A stretch of 64,000 nt of DNA from Sarea resinae (taxonomy: Eukaryota): assembly GCA_026026165.1 (NCBI GenBank), contig JAPEUD010000016.1:62001-126000 (forward strand), given 5' to 3'. Under the pieces are notes generated by a model. The model saw nothing but the letters and a program-made list of their open reading frames with translations. It had not been told where the DNA came from and made no database searches. The position numbers were made by a program, and so were the translations under genes. Below, piece by piece: positions 63,300 through 64,000 of this stretch (positions are counted from its first letter, which is position 1; every line of letters begins with the position of its first letter).

Positions 63300-64000
63300 T
63301 CATGCGACACCCACCTCCCTGACCAATTCCCCATTCTCGACCAGCCCAGCTCCTACAATCCTCTCGTCTGGCGGCGGACCGAATTCGACATACCGCAACC
63401 AAGCACCGACCCTGTTCCTGCCACCTCCACTGCCTGGCACGGAACTGTTCAAGCCTGCTAACAGCGACGCGCGTCGTCTGCCGCGTCGGCGTTCGACTGC
63501 CTCAAATGGACGGTGCAATGCGGCTTCGGCGGCGTAGTCCATGCTCGTACGTGCTGGGATGACGCGATCCGCGGGGCGTGTGGAGGGCGAAGAGTTGTAG
63601 CGGCGGGAATGTGAGGTGTGGCGGCGGAGAGGTGGTGGAAGTGGGGGATGAGCGAGCTCGTCGGGTGCAGCTGGAGGAGGAAGAGGGAGTGCTCGACGCC
63701 CTTCAGGGACGTAGTCGGCGTTCATGTGATGGTCCATGGTGTTGCCGACGCCCCATGTGTCATCGTAGCTAGCGTCGAGGAGCTCCGTACGACGATCATC
63801 ATCATCACCATCTAGACCAAGCACTTGAAGACGGCGCGCGTACGCTTCGTCCTCGAGTTCCTGGCGGCGACGATGGTCGAGCTCGTCTTGGTAAGCGGGA
63901 GGTTCGCGACGGAAGAGAATATTGACGGCGCGGGGGATGTTCATGTGGTTGAGGCGGTCGCCCGGGTTGGGTTCGACGTCGTTGTTGTAGTTGAACCAGG
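63300..64000 (-). CDS. 3' end of a gene, probably an IBR/RBR RING-finger protein (5' part outside window)
   Basis: Open frame from the window edge: PWFNY...DRLNHMNIP...YQDELDHRRRQELEDEAYARRLQ...GVGNTMDHHMN...SLLAGL...NRVGAWLRYVE. Resembles the tail following RING2 in fungal IBR proteins as recalled; the RING domains themselves are not visible. Confidence 0.6.
   Translation of the reverse strand, partial: WFNYNNDVEPNPGDRLNHMNIPRAVNILFRREPPAYQDELDHRRRQELEDEAYARRLQVLGLDGDDDDRRTELLDASYDDTWGVGNTMDHHMNADYVPEGRRALPLPPPAAPDELAHPPLPPPLRRHTSHSRRYNSSPSTRPADRVIPARTSMDYAAEAALHRPFEAVERRRGRRRASLLAGLNSSVPGSGGGRNRVGAWLRYVEFGPPPDERIVGAGLVENGELVREVGVA

Overview
Eukaryotic, intron-containing DNA from a filamentous ascomycete (Pezizomycotina-type genes, GT-AG introns mostly 45-100 nt, microsatellite-rich intergenic tracts). 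About 19 protein-coding genes were reconstructed by hand. The left ~25 kb is a compact eight-gene oxidative cluster with no PKS/NRPS/terpene backbone gene in the window: a Zn2Cys6 regulator (runs off the left edge), an FAH-family hydrolase, a PatH/PatI(CYP619)-like P450, two NAD-type SDRs, an NADPH-P450 reductase, a 3-ketosteroid-delta1-dehydrogenase-like flavoprotein with an apparent mitochondrial presequence exon, and an orphan dimeric alpha/beta-barrel protein. Its enzyme logic (hydroxylate, oxidise to ketone, alpha,beta-desaturate, hydrolyse) suggests an undescribed fungal catabolic pathway for an alicyclic, steroid or terpenoid ring; this is inference. The rest is mostly conserved housekeeping context: UTP21, VIP1, inositol monophosphatase, a GNAT/ankyrin orphan, an XPG/asteroid-like PIN protein, a DUF676 lipase, a DAGK/sphingoid kinase-like protein and a single-pass membrane protein. 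Then come a laccase head-to-head with a small secreted protein and the 3' end of a probable IBR/RBR gene. No RNA genes, CRISPR arrays or recognisable transposons were found. All family calls rest on motif recognition by eye; no database search was run.
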